A DNA stretch of 64,000 nt from Flavobacteriaceae bacterium (GTDB taxonomy: Bacteria > Bacteroidota > Bacteroidia > Flavobacteriales_D > Crocinitomicaceae): NCBI GenBank assembly GCA_047624355.1, contig JBLHPQ010000003.1:31747-95746 (forward strand), given 5' to 3'. The notes under the pieces are model-generated. The model searched no databases, was not told where the DNA came from, and was given only the letters and a program-made list of their open reading frames with translations. The position numbers were made by a program, and so were the translations under genes. Of the stretch, positions 36,294 to 46,858 are shown piece after piece (position 1 is the stretch's first letter; every line of letters begins with the position of its first letter).

Positions 36294-37655
36294 ATGGCGA
36301 AGGTAAAATCAGCTTTTTTCTGTCAAAATTGTGGACACGAGACATCTAAGTGGCTCGGTAAATGTCCTTCCTGCAATGAATGGAACACTTTTGTTGAAGA
36401 ACTCATTCACAAACAAGTTCCACAGGTTGTTGCCTTTTCTAAATCGGAACAAAGTTCAAAACCACAGGTCCTTCAAGAAATAAAAAAGCAAGAACACGCA
36501 AGAATTACGCTTGCTGATGAAGAACTGAACCGCGTTCTAGGAGGTGGATTAGTTGCTGGCTCACTGGTTTTATTTGGCGGTGAACCGGGAATCGGAAAAT
36601 CGACACTCTTACTTCAAATTGCCGTAACCACTGAAAACTTAAAGGTCCTCTACGTTTCTGGAGAGGAAAGTGATCAACAGATAAAAATGCGTTCTGAGCG
36701 AATTGGTGCTCAAAACAACAATTGCTTTATTCTAACGGAAACAAATGTCCAAAATATATTCAAACATGCGGAAGATATACAACCTGAATTATTGGTTATA
36801 GATTCAATTCAGACCTTGTACTCTTCGCAGATTGAAAGCTCGCCCGGGAGTATTTCTCAAGTACGTGAGAGCACAGCACAATTGCTGCGTTATGCAAAAC
36901 AAACGAACGTTCCCGTATTTCTAATTGGCCACATTACCAAGGATGGATCTATTGCTGGGCCGAAAGTATTGGAACACATGGTGGATACCGTTCTTCAATT
37001 TGAAGGCGATCGAAATCATATTTATCGCTTGCTCCGCTCGATTAAAAACCGTTTTGGAAGTACCAATGAACTCGGTATTTACGAAATGAGTGGATCTGGC
37101 TTACGACAGGTTAAAAATCCATCAGAAATTCTAATTACAAGTTCTGACGGAAATTTAAGTGGCGTTTCTATTGCTGCCACCATGGAAGGAATGCGCCCGA
37201 TGCTGGTTGAAGTTCAAGCGTTAGTTAGCACGGCAGCCTATGGAACTCCTCAACGCTCATCAACTGGTTTCGATGCAAAGCGACTCAACATGCTCCTGGC
37301 TGTTATGGAAAAACGCTGTGGATTTAAACTCGGCGCCAAGGATGTTTTCCTAAATATCGCTGGTGGAATCCGAGTCGACGATCCCGCAATCGATTTAGCC
37401 GTTGTCGCTGCAGTCTTATCTTCCAATGCAGACATCTCCATCGAGAAAAACATTGCTCTCTCGGCTGAAGTTGGTCTTTCCGGAGAAGTTCGCCCCGTAA
37501 ATCGGGTTGATCAACGGATCTATGAAGCAGAGAAGTTAGGCTTTGAGAAGATCATTGTCTCCAAATACAACAAGGGAATTTCTCAGAAAGACTTTGGCAT
37601 TGAACTGATTCAATGTGGGAAGATTACAGAGGTTGTTAAGGCGCTGTTTACATAG
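36294..37655 (+). CDS. radA: DNA repair protein RadA/Sms
   Basis: It has a zinc finger (CQNCGHETSKWLGKCPSCNEW), a Walker A motif (GEPGIGKST), the KNRFG motif and a Lon-like C-domain. Confidence 0.95.
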   Translation: MAKVKSAFFCQNCGHETSKWLGKCPSCNEWNTFVEELIHKQVPQVVAFSKSEQSSKPQVLQEIKKQEHARITLADEELNRVLGGGLVAGSLVLFGGEPGIGKSTLLLQIAVTTENLKVLYVSGEESDQQIKMRSERIGAQNNNCFILTETNVQNIFKHAEDIQPELLVIDSIQTLYSSQIESSPGSISQVRESTAQLLRYAKQTNVPVFLIGHITKDGSIAGPKVLEHMVDTVLQFEGDRNHIYRLLRSIKNRFGSTNELGIYEMSGSGLRQVKNPSEILITSSDGNLSGVSIAATMEGMRPMLVEVQALVSTAAYGTPQRSSTGFDAKRLNMLLAVMEKRCGFKLGAKDVFLNIAGGIRVDDPAIDLAVVAAVLSSNADISIEKNIALSAEVGLSGEVRPVNRVDQRIYEAEKLGFEKIIVSKYNKGISQKDFGIELIQCGKITEVVKALFT

Positions 37656-37869
37656 TTTTTACTACTCGAATTCAGTGCATTCTCTAATGTTCATTCTCTG
37701 AGCACTCGAACCTTTTTGAATCATATGATTTCGGAGGAATAAAATCTTCTGTCGATATTTCTAAATTCGGGACGGGATAACGTTTTCATAGCTTAATCCA
37801 TTTTTTGACAAGAATTTTGAGCTCAAAGACATCTTTATTTGGAATGATGTTAACTATTTCTAACACAAA

Positions 37870-39126
37870 TTAAAGTTTCATAATCTTCTTTGTCACTGCT
37901 CCGTCACCAGTAAAAATCTTTACAATATATGTCCCTGGTGAAATATTGGATAAGTCAACCTTCGTTTGAAAAGCGCTTAAAACTATCTGTTGTAGTTGGC
38001 GTCCGCTTCCATCATAGAGTAGAATTTTTGTAATCAGCTGTTCAGAAGTAATGACAACCTGATCACTTGTGGGATTAGGATAAATTTCGACTATTGTATT
38101 TGTTAACTCAGTATTTCCAAGCCATCCAAGACCACAACTTCCCACGCTTAAAACATGTAAATAAGATCTATCAACCACCCATAAATTATCGCAGGGGTCA
38201 ACCTCTATTGCTTTCGATGTAGGGATAGAATAATTCATAGGAGTATTGCTAGAGTCATAGATTGTCCATTCATTCGTAGAACGATCCAGGTAGCCAAAAG
38301 ATTTTGTGGGATATGAAGCCCCCATATTAGCTCCAAAAGAGACCCAAATATTATCTTGACTATCAAATTCAATTTCCACTACTGGTAGTGTTGGCATGCC
38401 TATAGTGTTATACGGTGTTATAGTATCTACGAATACTTTATTTAACGCTACCGACATACCAGAATCACTGGCAACATAAAACCGATTATCATTGGGAGAA
38501 AAGCTAAGATCATGAATTGTACCTCCAAGAAAATAATCTGTAGAATCAGCCGTGATAATTTGATATGTACTATCAATAAGCACTTTAACCGCAGTGCCAC
38601 CTGCACCTAACCATAATTCACCATTTTTAGATTCTACTACAGTGGAGTAAGAACCGTAAGGATCATAAGTAATAAAGGCCGGATATATTATTTGAAAAGA
38701 ACCACCTGTTCTTCCCATCCACACAGTATCCACATCTGAAGACAAAAACAAACCGTTATCTACAGGAAAAATATTTGTAAAGGTATTTCCATCAAACTCA
38801 AACAAACCATCAGAATCACTACAGATATAAGTTTTATCACTAGTAAAGGTTATACTTCTAAAATCGGTATAATAATCAAACTCAGGATGATCCAACTCAC
38901 CATATCGATGAAAATTACCGTCACTATCAAAATGAAAAAGATAGTCTGCATATCCCATCCATATTGATGAATCCGCGTGATTTATCTTAAAAGCTCTTTT
39001 AGAATGTTGATGCCCAACCATAAAATAAGTAGATTCCAAATAGTCCTCGGCATGTAGTGTTTGCCATGTTTGACTGAAGCCAATGAATGAGAGCGACAAG
39101 AATATTGTTACTATTATCGTTTTCAT
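37870..39126 (-). CDS. secreted beta-propeller-like protein with T9SS C-terminal sorting domain
   Basis: The start is at MKTIIV. A signal peptide is followed by repeated aromatic/Gly-rich blades. The C-terminal sorting domain reads IYPNPTSDQVVI...GTYIVKIFTGDGAVTKKIMKL. Confidence 0.7.
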   Translation of the reverse strand: MKTIIVTIFLSLSFIGFSQTWQTLHAEDYLESTYFMVGHQHSKRAFKINHADSSIWMGYADYLFHFDSDGNFHRYGELDHPEFDYYTDFRSITFTSDKTYICSDSDGLFEFDGNTFTNIFPVDNGLFLSSDVDTVWMGRTGGSFQIIYPAFITYDPYGSYSTVVESKNGELWLGAGGTAVKVLIDSTYQIITADSTDYFLGGTIHDLSFSPNDNRFYVASDSGMSVALNKVFVDTITPYNTIGMPTLPVVEIEFDSQDNIWVSFGANMGASYPTKSFGYLDRSTNEWTIYDSSNTPMNYSIPTSKAIEVDPCDNLWVVDRSYLHVLSVGSCGLGWLGNTELTNTIVEIYPNPTSDQVVITSEQLITKILLYDGSGRQLQQIVLSAFQTKVDLSNISPGTYIVKIFTGDGAVTKKIMKL

Positions 39127-39554
39127 AATTTCATCCATTTTTTGGACATCGATTCAATAGTAGAATCCGCCTCTAAATTTACAAAATATAACCCTGGTTT
39201 CAAGTGCTCTACGCTCAATTCATACTCCACTTTACCCAATAGTATGGCTCCTTCATCCACATTTTCTCCAATTACCACGTGCAACGTTTCAGAACCGGGG
39301 TTGGGATAGATTTCAAAATTCAAAGTTTCATTCTCTAAAACACTCCAAGTCCAAGTCTCTAAAGAATCATACCGGTTAAAGGGTGGGTCACAAGGGAAAT
39401 CACATATTTTTAGCAAAAGACTATCACGTAAATGGATCGAGTACGCCATACGAATTGTACCTTCTGTAGGATCAACGGGGTACCAAAAATCTACTGTGTT
39501 TAAGTGACTGTAGATGGAGAACCCACACCCTAAGCATTGCCTATCAAACACCAA
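39123..39554 (-). CDS. T9SS sorting-domain ORF lacking a signal peptide (probably a 5'-truncated remnant)
   Basis: The 143-aa ORF opens with GTG and has no ATG or signal peptide. Its C-terminal half is a T9SS sorting domain (IYPNPGSETLHVVI...GLYFVNLEAD). Confidence 0.4.
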   Translation of the reverse strand: MVFDRQCLGCGFSIYSHLNTVDFWYPVDPTEGTIRMAYSIHLRDSLLLKICDFPCDPPFNRYDSLETWTWSVLENETLNFEIYPNPGSETLHVVIGENVDEGAILLGKVEYELSVEHLKPGLYFVNLEADSTIESMSKKWMKL

Positions 39555-39631
39555 ATAAATTCTGATGTTTCCTTGTAAGCTCTGGAATCCTTCTTCTTGA
39601 ATAAATATTTAATCCAACTCATCAATAAAGA

Positions 39632-39805
39632 TCACCTCTTTTTAAACGCTCCTCCAAATGAAACGAGTGCCAATGGCAATGGGATCCACCAATAATCTTT
39701 AAGTTCAGAAAGATGGCTAGAATCACTCCCAACGACATACATCGTGATGGCAGCGCCGATACATACGATTCCAAGTAGTAACAATAGAATTTGATTGGTT
39801 TTCAT
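39632..39805 (-). CDS. hypothetical small membrane protein (57 aa)
   Basis: Not in the ORF track because it is shorter than 60 aa. ATG at 39805, TGA at 39632-39634. The product MKTNQILLLLLGIVCIGAAITMYVV...WWIPLPLALVSFGGAFKKR has two hydrophobic segments. Confidence 0.4.
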   Translation of the reverse strand: MKTNQILLLLLGIVCIGAAITMYVVGSDSSHLSELKDYWWIPLPLALVSFGGAFKKR

Positions 39806-39865
39806 AGTGTCGATCTTTGGTTCAATAATGAAATATACATAATTAATCCATTCATCTTAAAAGCT

Positions 39866-40183
39866 TTAAGCAATCCATAGACAATCCAAATAATCTGTGA
39901 GCATGTGCAACAGCAATGCGATTCCAACGATACGCGTTTCCTTAATAACACTCATTCCGGCATAAACGCCAATCGCTATTGGCCCATGAAGTGGATGAAA
40001 ATTAATGCTGCAGCGACTCGGATCAAAGATTGGATTGGCCAGCAAATGATCTAGATCAACGAGCATCGTTAAAAGCATAATCAGCCAAACCTTTTTCCAA
40101 CGAGAGCGAAAGAAAACCCATGCTATTATTCCCGGTGCGATCAGGTGTAGACTATAATGCTGAAGCTCTTGCGTGATTTCCAT
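39866..40183 (-). CDS. small membrane protein (DUF6122/YdjM-like, tentative)
   Basis: 105 aa with hydrophobic helices. The His/Asp-rich motif is MLVDLDHLLANPIFDPSRCSINFHPLH. Confidence 0.5.
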   Translation of the reverse strand: MEITQELQHYSLHLIAPGIIAWVFFRSRWKKVWLIMLLTMLVDLDHLLANPIFDPSRCSINFHPLHGPIAIGVYAGMSVIKETRIVGIALLLHMLTDYLDCLWIA

Positions 40184-40184
40184 C

Positions 40185-41060
40185 TTAGATTAAGAAATAG
40201 CTAATTCCCAGCAGCGTGATCGCTCCATCAATACCACCAGCGCAATAAATATCGCCTTTCTGCTCGTTCATGAATAATGCAAGCAAGGCTTGAACAGCAA
40301 CGGCCAGATAAAACATCCAATTGTATTGAAGTTCGGGGATCTGCCAAATCATTAGTCCAGTAAAAATGAGCAATAACCCAATTGATGAAACTTTTGCCCA
40401 TCCTTGTCCTACAACCTGCGGAATCGTCATTTGCGAACCTTTGTCGAACTTCAAATCACGGATATCGAATGGTATCGTAACCGCTATGATGTATAAATAA
40501 TGCGCAAGTGTAATCCACACCAATGATTCAGAGAACAAGCCCTCATTTAACGCTGGAAAAAGTATGAGCACCGTTACCCATGAAAAGGCGATTAAGTGAA
40601 TCTTTAAGTAGGCAATCTCGCGCATATTCACGCCCTTGACACGCACGACATAGAAGAAACTGATGATTCCAGAAATTCCCAACCACGCTGCAGCCGCAAA
40701 ACTAATTTTTGCGATGAAAATCAGTGATCCAAGGGTGCCAAGAATAGCGAGTACAATTCCAAAAAGGAGTAATTTTTCATTGCGTTTCACCCAAACCAAC
40801 CAAGGTGTTTCCGTCGGTTGTGCAGACTTAATCAAGCGTTGACCATTGTATACTGTGAATGTGGCGAAGAACGCGAAGAAACCATAATACAACCAGGTTT
40901 CAATCTGCAATGTATAGGTAAAACTTGCACAAAGCACGCCAGTTGCTATTGCTACAACACTGTTCGAATAGACAATATGAAGGACTAATTTTCCGATGGT
41001 GGAAGTTACGCAATTTCGTTGAGCACGGTTGCTACTGAGATCTGCTGAATGCAATCGCAC
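40185..41060 (-). CDS. polytopic membrane protein (UbiA-prenyltransferase-like, tentative)
   Basis: 291 aa with about eight hydrophobic helices and the Asp-rich segment IPFDIRDLKFD. The only ATG gives a 55-nt overlap with the upstream gene. Confidence 0.5.
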   Translation of the reverse strand: MRLHSADLSSNRAQRNCVTSTIGKLVLHIVYSNSVVAIATGVLCASFTYTLQIETWLYYGFFAFFATFTVYNGQRLIKSAQPTETPWLVWVKRNEKLLLFGIVLAILGTLGSLIFIAKISFAAAAWLGISGIISFFYVVRVKGVNMREIAYLKIHLIAFSWVTVLILFPALNEGLFSESLVWITLAHYLYIIAVTIPFDIRDLKFDKGSQMTIPQVVGQGWAKVSSIGLLLIFTGLMIWQIPELQYNWMFYLAVAVQALLALFMNEQKGDIYCAGGIDGAITLLGISYFLI

Positions 41061-42022
41061 TCACCTTTTTTCGCGCATTTCTCACAGGCCGCATCGTTGA
41101 CAAGAATCGTGACGTTAGGACCAAGTGCTTTCCATCTTCCCGGATGAATTGGTCGTTTTGGCGCATAAAACCCGAGTGTATTCACTCCTAAATAACCTGC
41201 AATATGTAAGGGTCCTGTTGAACAGGCGAGTAGGTAATCAACCCGACTAATGAAGTAAATCAACTCAAGCAAAGTCAATTTTCCAGTAGTATCCATCAAA
41301 CGCTCATGAGTCGGCAAGCGTTCTCTAAATTGAGCGCCCTCGCTTTCAGTTCCCGTATAGAATACCGTGTGTCCTTTCGCTAAAAGTTCCTCGGTGAGTT
41401 CTAAGTACTTTTCCATCGGCCATTCTTTCGCACTTCCCTGCGACTTGGGATGCAACACGATGCATTTAGAGCCGTTGATAATCGCTTTCTCGATTTGAGC
41501 AGGTAATTCGGTCTCCGAAGCAACAAAGCTCGTTGTGGACGCTATTATCTCCTCTAGCGATGGGATTATAGTCAAACCAAATGGTCGTAGTAATTCATGA
41601 TTCAATTGCGCCTCATGTAGCTCAGATCGTTTGCGTGTAAAATTTGGTCGATGCGTACAGGTAAGCAAGTGATAAGAACGATGTGAAGTCCCAACACGCA
41701 CCGAGATTTTTGTCTTTTTGCAAAGTGAAGCAAGTTCTTTATTTGGAAAAACATGAACGATAACATCTGCGTTTAGCGAGCTCATCCAATCGAGTTGAAC
41801 TGGCTTTGATAAATCGGCGTAATCTGCCCAGTCCTCAAATTGATCTACTAATTCATAGGCCTCAACTACTGCGCGTGTATATCCCTTCCCAAGGAAAATT
41901 AGTGTCGCTGACGGAAATTTAGCTTTAATCCACGCGCACAATGGCAGCGTCAACATAACATCTCCAATGCTGTCTGTACGACTAATAATGACGCGTTTAT
42001 TTGAGAGATCAACTGTTTTCAC
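41006..42022 (-). CDS. glycosyltransferase family 9 (LPS heptosyltransferase-like)
   Basis: 338 aa. N-terminus RTDSIGDVMLTLP, C-terminal TGPLHIAG. Confidence 0.85.
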   Translation of the reverse strand: MKTVDLSNKRVIISRTDSIGDVMLTLPLCAWIKAKFPSATLIFLGKGYTRAVVEAYELVDQFEDWADYADLSKPVQLDWMSSLNADVIVHVFPNKELASLCKKTKISVRVGTSHRSYHLLTCTHRPNFTRKRSELHEAQLNHELLRPFGLTIIPSLEEIIASTTSFVASETELPAQIEKAIINGSKCIVLHPKSQGSAKEWPMEKYLELTEELLAKGHTVFYTGTESEGAQFRERLPTHERLMDTTGKLTLLELIYFISRVDYLLACSTGPLHIAGYLGVNTLGFYAPKRPIHPGRWKALGPNVTILVNDAACEKCAKKGECDCIQQISVATVLNEIA

Positions 42023-42764
42023 GGTGTAGTCTGATTAATTCTTTATACTTGAAGACGTTCGATTGTGCGCTGATCTGTGCAATCTTAAATCCCATTTTTC
42101 CATCTAGAAATCCTGCTTTGATGAAATACATCGCAAAAAATCTCCCGACAGCACTCACGTAAGGTTTCAAAGCAGAAGCTTTCTTCCCTTTATGAAACAT
42201 TTTTTGTGCGGTTAACGCAGAGTATTTATCGGCTCTTGCCCTATGATCCTTATAAGAATAATAGGAATAATGCGCCAAATGACCTTTTAGCTGAATCGTT
42301 AATAAATCTGTCGGATGCACGAGTTCTTCATGTACGAATTCGCCTTCCCAAAAGCTCCCTTCTTTTGGAAATAAACGTGTTTTCACATCCGGGTACCAAC
42401 CAGAGTGACGAATCCATTTACCGCAATAATTAGTCAATCGATTGACACTGTAGACCTGAGGGTCAGCATCATTTTTAATCGCTTTAAATGCTTCTGACAG
42501 TTCATCATCTAATGCTTCATCTGCATCGATGGAAAGAATGTAATCGTGAGAGGCAAGTGCGTTCAAGTAATTCTTACTTTCTGAATATCCTCCCCATTTG
42601 CGTTGTTCGAATCGAATACCGGCAGTTCTGCAAATTTCCTCCGTTTTATCGGTAGAAAAGGAATCGAGCACAATAATTTCATCGGCAACGCTCCTTAATG
42701 ATTGGATGCATCGTTCAATGTTTCGCTCTTCATTTAGCGTAATTATTGTTGCGGTAATTTTCAT
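42009..42764 (-). CDS. glycosyltransferase family 2 (LPS core type)
   Basis: 251 aa. N-terminus ITATIITLNEERNIERC and DxD context SIDADE. Confidence 0.85.
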   Translation of the reverse strand: MKITATIITLNEERNIERCIQSLRSVADEIIVLDSFSTDKTEEICRTAGIRFEQRKWGGYSESKNYLNALASHDYILSIDADEALDDELSEAFKAIKNDADPQVYSVNRLTNYCGKWIRHSGWYPDVKTRLFPKEGSFWEGEFVHEELVHPTDLLTIQLKGHLAHYSYYSYKDHRARADKYSALTAQKMFHKGKKASALKPYVSAVGRFFAMYFIKAGFLDGKMGFKIAQISAQSNVFKYKELIRLHRENS

Positions 42765-43834
42765 GGTAACAACTCAACACTTCTAATGACAGCCTGAATT
42801 TCTCTCAAGGGATGCGTCCAGCTTGTCGTTGGTGGTGCATCAACATATCCGCTCACGCACATCAATTTTTTCTTCTTAGGGTCGATGAAATGAAACGCCC
42901 AAAACGCTCCTCCCGTTCCGGCTTTGTTATTCCCGGTAAACTTGAAAAGTCCACGCATTTCGTAACCACCAATCTTGCCTGACGCATTGTTCACCTCGTT
43001 TCCTTCAGGATATACATAATCAACATACTGCGTTCCCATGTACATGCCTTCTACTTCAGAGGGTACATTGTATCGAAGCATCGTGTCTCTTGCTTTCAAC
43101 AAATTTCTAATGTCAAACTGCGCAGAATCGGAATAGTCGTACTGGTAGACCATTATTCCAGAGAAGATCGTTCCCGCATCTTGTCCACCTGGGCCAAAAT
43201 CAATCGGTCGGGATGATCTAGGAAACTCTATTCGGACGAAATTTTTCCGGTCATGAACAACTGTAGCACCATCGGGTAACGCCAAGCTAATTCCAAAATT
43301 CTTTTTCAATGCTTTATCAGGATTGGTGTTTACCTGATAAGCAAAGTTATCCATGAGTCGACTCCAATCACGTCGTTCAAATTTTTTGTGTACTTCACCG
43401 AGACCCTTTTGACACGTTTCGAGTACTTGCTTAAGGTCTTTTCCTGTAATATCAATGACGATCTGAGATTCCGCCCAAACACCATCTCGTTGTTCGATAG
43501 TACCATATTCCCCTTTGAAATCAGGATCAATGTTTACGAAGAGAATGTTTCTGAATCTTTTGATGCCATCTTCAAACTTATTCGGTGTTCTGTGCACCAG
43601 CTCGAATGTAACAACATCTGGTAGATAGGGTAGGATGAATTGCGTCAATCCTGTATCTAATTCGTTTTTAACTTCAGAATTCCAAATGTCTGTTTCACAA
43701 ACAACAAGGATTTCTCCAACCTTACCGGTCACTGTTAAACCTCGAGATCCAGTAGTACTGGTTGTGCAGCTCGCCCATATAAATAATAGCGCTACTACTC
43801 CACTACTGAACAAAATTCCTACTAATCGTTTCAT
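42761..43834 (-). CDS. hypothetical lipoprotein (possibly DUF4837-like)
   Basis: 357 aa with a lipobox (..LFIWASC). No catalytic motif recognised. Confidence 0.55.
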   Translation of the reverse strand: MKRLVGILFSSGVVALLFIWASCTTSTTGSRGLTVTGKVGEILVVCETDIWNSEVKNELDTGLTQFILPYLPDVVTFELVHRTPNKFEDGIKRFRNILFVNIDPDFKGEYGTIEQRDGVWAESQIVIDITGKDLKQVLETCQKGLGEVHKKFERRDWSRLMDNFAYQVNTNPDKALKKNFGISLALPDGATVVHDRKNFVRIEFPRSSRPIDFGPGGQDAGTIFSGIMVYQYDYSDSAQFDIRNLLKARDTMLRYNVPSEVEGMYMGTQYVDYVYPEGNEVNNASGKIGGYEMRGLFKFTGNNKAGTGGAFWAFHFIDPKKKKLMCVSGYVDAPPTTSWTHPLREIQAVIRSVELLP

Positions 43835-43961
43835 AAATATAGTTTCTGGATTTACAGCAAAAATCGCACCGCTAGTTCCTGATGGTATCCCTATCGTCGA
43901 GTTACTTATTCATCCGTAGAACTAAAGTAACCATTTATGTCTTCGAGCTATTCTTCTGAAT

Positions 43962-45431
43962 CTATCGAACCCGAATTTTCTGGCCAATACTGAGTCGATC
44001 AATGTTCACGCTTGGGTTCAAACGTTTCAACTGACTGATTGTTTTATTGTGTCGTTGTGCAATTTTGCCAAAAGTATCGCCAGAACGAACGCTATAATAT
44101 TTCGCTGCGGTCGTGTTCGCTGGCGTTGTTGTTGTTGTTGTTCCTCCAGCACTCTTTTTCACCTTCAAACGTTGTCCTACATATATTCGCGTAGAGCTCA
44201 ATCCATTCAATCTTTGTATTGCTCCAACCGTAGTTCTGTAACGCTCGGAAATTGTCCCTAAAGTTTCACCGCTTTTTACTTTATGATATTGGTAGCTTCC
44301 GGCAGGCGCATTTGTGGTGGCCGTTGTATTCGTCGTTTGCACCGGCGTATTTTGCACAGGTTTTTGATAGGTCGAATACTCAATCGCGTAAAGACTGTCT
44401 TCCTTAGAAACAAGTTGCCCTATCAATTCCAATGGAAGATAAACACATTGTCTCGGCTCCGTCTTTGGAATATAATCTCGTTTGTAAATTGGGTTCAATC
44501 GCTTAACTTCTTCCTCATCGATGCCTAAAAGCTTACTTATTGAAGAGAAATGAACTCCTTTAGATAGACACATCGTGTCCAATTGGCTATAGCTAACAGT
44601 TGCTTCTGCAGGAACGATGTTATGTTCTGCATGATAGGTAAGTAAATAAGCGGCAGCGATAAAGTTAGGCACATATCCTTGTGTTTCACGCGGCAAGAAT
44701 GGACGAATTTCCCAGTAAGTTAGCTTGTTTCCAGAACGACGAATCGCCTTGTTCACGTTTCCAGGTCCTGCGTTGTAGGCAGCAAGAGCGATATTCCAAT
44801 CGCCATAAATACCGTATAATTTTTTCAAATAGCGACATGCCGCATCTGTTGCCAATTCAGGATCCATGCGTTCATCAACGTAAGAATTCTCATTCAATCC
44901 GTACATTCTACCAGTGCGGTACATGAATTGCCAAAGTCCTAGTGCGCCTGCTCGAGACTTTACTTGCGGACGTAATCCACTTTCAATTACCGCTAAATAC
45001 TTCAACTCGATTGGTAAGCCATGTTCTGTCAGCTTCTCTTCGAACATGTCGAAATAAAGCTTAGATCGGCCGAGAACAACGCGTGCGAAACCGCGTCGCT
45101 TCCGAGTGAAAAACTTGAGTGTTTTTAGGGTGTGCTCATTACAATCTAAATGAAACGGGCTCATTTCATTCATTACGTTCAAGCGTTCACAGTATATTGA
45201 ATCCGAGAATTCCGGAACATCCGTTGTTTCGTAATTCAGTGCATCAATGATAGAATCATAATTGCTTTCAGAAGATCCTTCAGCGTAATAAAGGTTCAGA
45301 CTTTCCTCAATTGTTCGGATCATCCGAGCATTGTCAGTAGTATCGTCCACGGTCAGAGGAGTTGTTCCACTGTATTGCGCATTGGCAAATCCTACTCCTA
45401 AACAAAACGTTATTGTTATCCAACTTCTCAT
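43962..45431 (-). CDS. lytic murein transglycosylase (MltD-like) with two LysM domains
   Basis: The SLT catalytic region is AVIESGLRP....GALGLWQFM. Two C-terminal LysM repeats are present (YHKVKSGETLGTIS.., YYSVRSGDTFGKIA..). Confidence 0.85.
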   Translation of the reverse strand: MRSWITITFCLGVGFANAQYSGTTPLTVDDTTDNARMIRTIEESLNLYYAEGSSESNYDSIIDALNYETTDVPEFSDSIYCERLNVMNEMSPFHLDCNEHTLKTLKFFTRKRRGFARVVLGRSKLYFDMFEEKLTEHGLPIELKYLAVIESGLRPQVKSRAGALGLWQFMYRTGRMYGLNENSYVDERMDPELATDAACRYLKKLYGIYGDWNIALAAYNAGPGNVNKAIRRSGNKLTYWEIRPFLPRETQGYVPNFIAAAYLLTYHAEHNIVPAEATVSYSQLDTMCLSKGVHFSSISKLLGIDEEEVKRLNPIYKRDYIPKTEPRQCVYLPLELIGQLVSKEDSLYAIEYSTYQKPVQNTPVQTTNTTATTNAPAGSYQYHKVKSGETLGTISERYRTTVGAIQRLNGLSSTRIYVGQRLKVKKSAGGTTTTTTPANTTAAKYYSVRSGDTFGKIAQRHNKTISQLKRLNPSVNIDRLSIGQKIRVR

Positions 45432-46852
45432 GCCGTCTCTCCTATTTTTTCGAGTTGCTTCGAGAAGTTAAACATTCTCTTTTCCTCGAAGTGATTCGCA
45501 ATTACTTGCATCCCGAAAGGCAAACCATTGCTATGCTCACCAATCGGAATTGAGATCGCTGGATTGCCCGTTAAGTTTGCGTGTACCGTAAAAATATCTT
45601 GCAGATACATTGAAATTGGATCACTTACCGAATCAATTTCAAATGCTGTGGACGGCGTTGTAGGAAGCATGATAAAATCAAACTTCTTAAAAATTTCATC
45701 CGTTTTATCTTGTAGAACACGTCGAACTTTCTGTCCTTTCGTGTAGTATGCATCGTAATATCCATGAGATAGAATAAACGTTCCCGCCATAATTCTACGT
45801 TTCACTTCTGGACCAAAACCAATGCTTCTTGACTTCTTGTAGGTATCTTCTACCCCTTTTGCGTCATTATTTCTATAGCCATAATGTACACCGTCAAACC
45901 TCGAAAGGTTTGATGAAGCCTCTGCTGTAGTGAGAACATAGTAGGTTGGCACCATGTAATCCAAATAAGGGAAAGAGACGTATTCAACTTCATGACCGTC
46001 TTCGATCAATTGATTCGTTACTTCTTTCATTCGCTCCTTAACTTCAGGATCAATTCCCTCCATTTCATAGCTCTCCTTTATGACTGCAATTTTTAAATTC
46101 TTTTCTTGCGTGTAGGACGTATAATTATCCACCTCTAGAGAAGCGGCGGTAGAATCATAGTCATCTGCCCCTGCCATGACTTCCAATAACAATGCGGCAT
46201 CTTCCACGTTAGTTGTGAACGGGCCAATTTGATCAAAGGAAGAAGCGTAAGCAATTAAGCCATGTCGGCTAATACGTCCATAGGTTGGTTTGAACCCAAC
46301 AGTTCCGGTAAAGCTTGCAGGTTGACGAATTGAGCCTCCTGTATCGCTTCCTAGCGCTGCTGTGCACATTCCAGCGGCAACAGCTGTGGCAGAACCACCA
46401 GATGAACCACCAGGAACACGGTTTTCCCCTCTCGGGTTAATTACGGGACCAAATGCAGAGTTTTCGTTTGAGCTCCCCATTGCGAATTCATCACAGTTCA
46501 ATCGCCCTATGATAATTGCATCCTCATCAATTAAGCGTTGTACTGCTGTACCTGTAAAAAGGGACTCAAAATTTTCTAATATATGTGATGCTGCAGACAC
46601 CTTATGTCCACTGTAGCAGAGATTATCTTTTAATCCGATAACCATTCCAGCTAATTTACCAGCTGTACCTGTTTTGATTTTTTCGTCGACAATTTTGGCC
46701 TGTTCTTTGGCTGTCAGTTCGAAGACTTCAAGAAATGCGTTAAGGTTCTTATTGGCTTCGATACAGTCCAAGTATCCTTGAAGAATTTGGACAACCGAAT
46801 CACCCGAAGCAAGAGCATTCCTTACTTCAGCATAGCTGCGAAAAGTGCGCAT
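45428..46852 (-). CDS. gatA: Asp-tRNA(Asn)/Glu-tRNA(Gln) amidotransferase subunit A
   Basis: 474 aa with the amidase signature GGSSGGSATAVAAG. Confidence 0.95.
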   Translation of the reverse strand: MRTFRSYAEVRNALASGDSVVQILQGYLDCIEANKNLNAFLEVFELTAKEQAKIVDEKIKTGTAGKLAGMVIGLKDNLCYSGHKVSAASHILENFESLFTGTAVQRLIDEDAIIIGRLNCDEFAMGSSNENSAFGPVINPRGENRVPGGSSGGSATAVAAGMCTAALGSDTGGSIRQPASFTGTVGFKPTYGRISRHGLIAYASSFDQIGPFTTNVEDAALLLEVMAGADDYDSTAASLEVDNYTSYTQEKNLKIAVIKESYEMEGIDPEVKERMKEVTNQLIEDGHEVEYVSFPYLDYMVPTYYVLTTAEASSNLSRFDGVHYGYRNNDAKGVEDTYKKSRSIGFGPEVKRRIMAGTFILSHGYYDAYYTKGQKVRRVLQDKTDEIFKKFDFIMLPTTPSTAFEIDSVSDPISMYLQDIFTVHANLTGNPAISIPIGEHSNGLPFGMQVIANHFEEKRMFNFSKQLEKIGETA

Positions 46853-46858
46853 GCTCGA

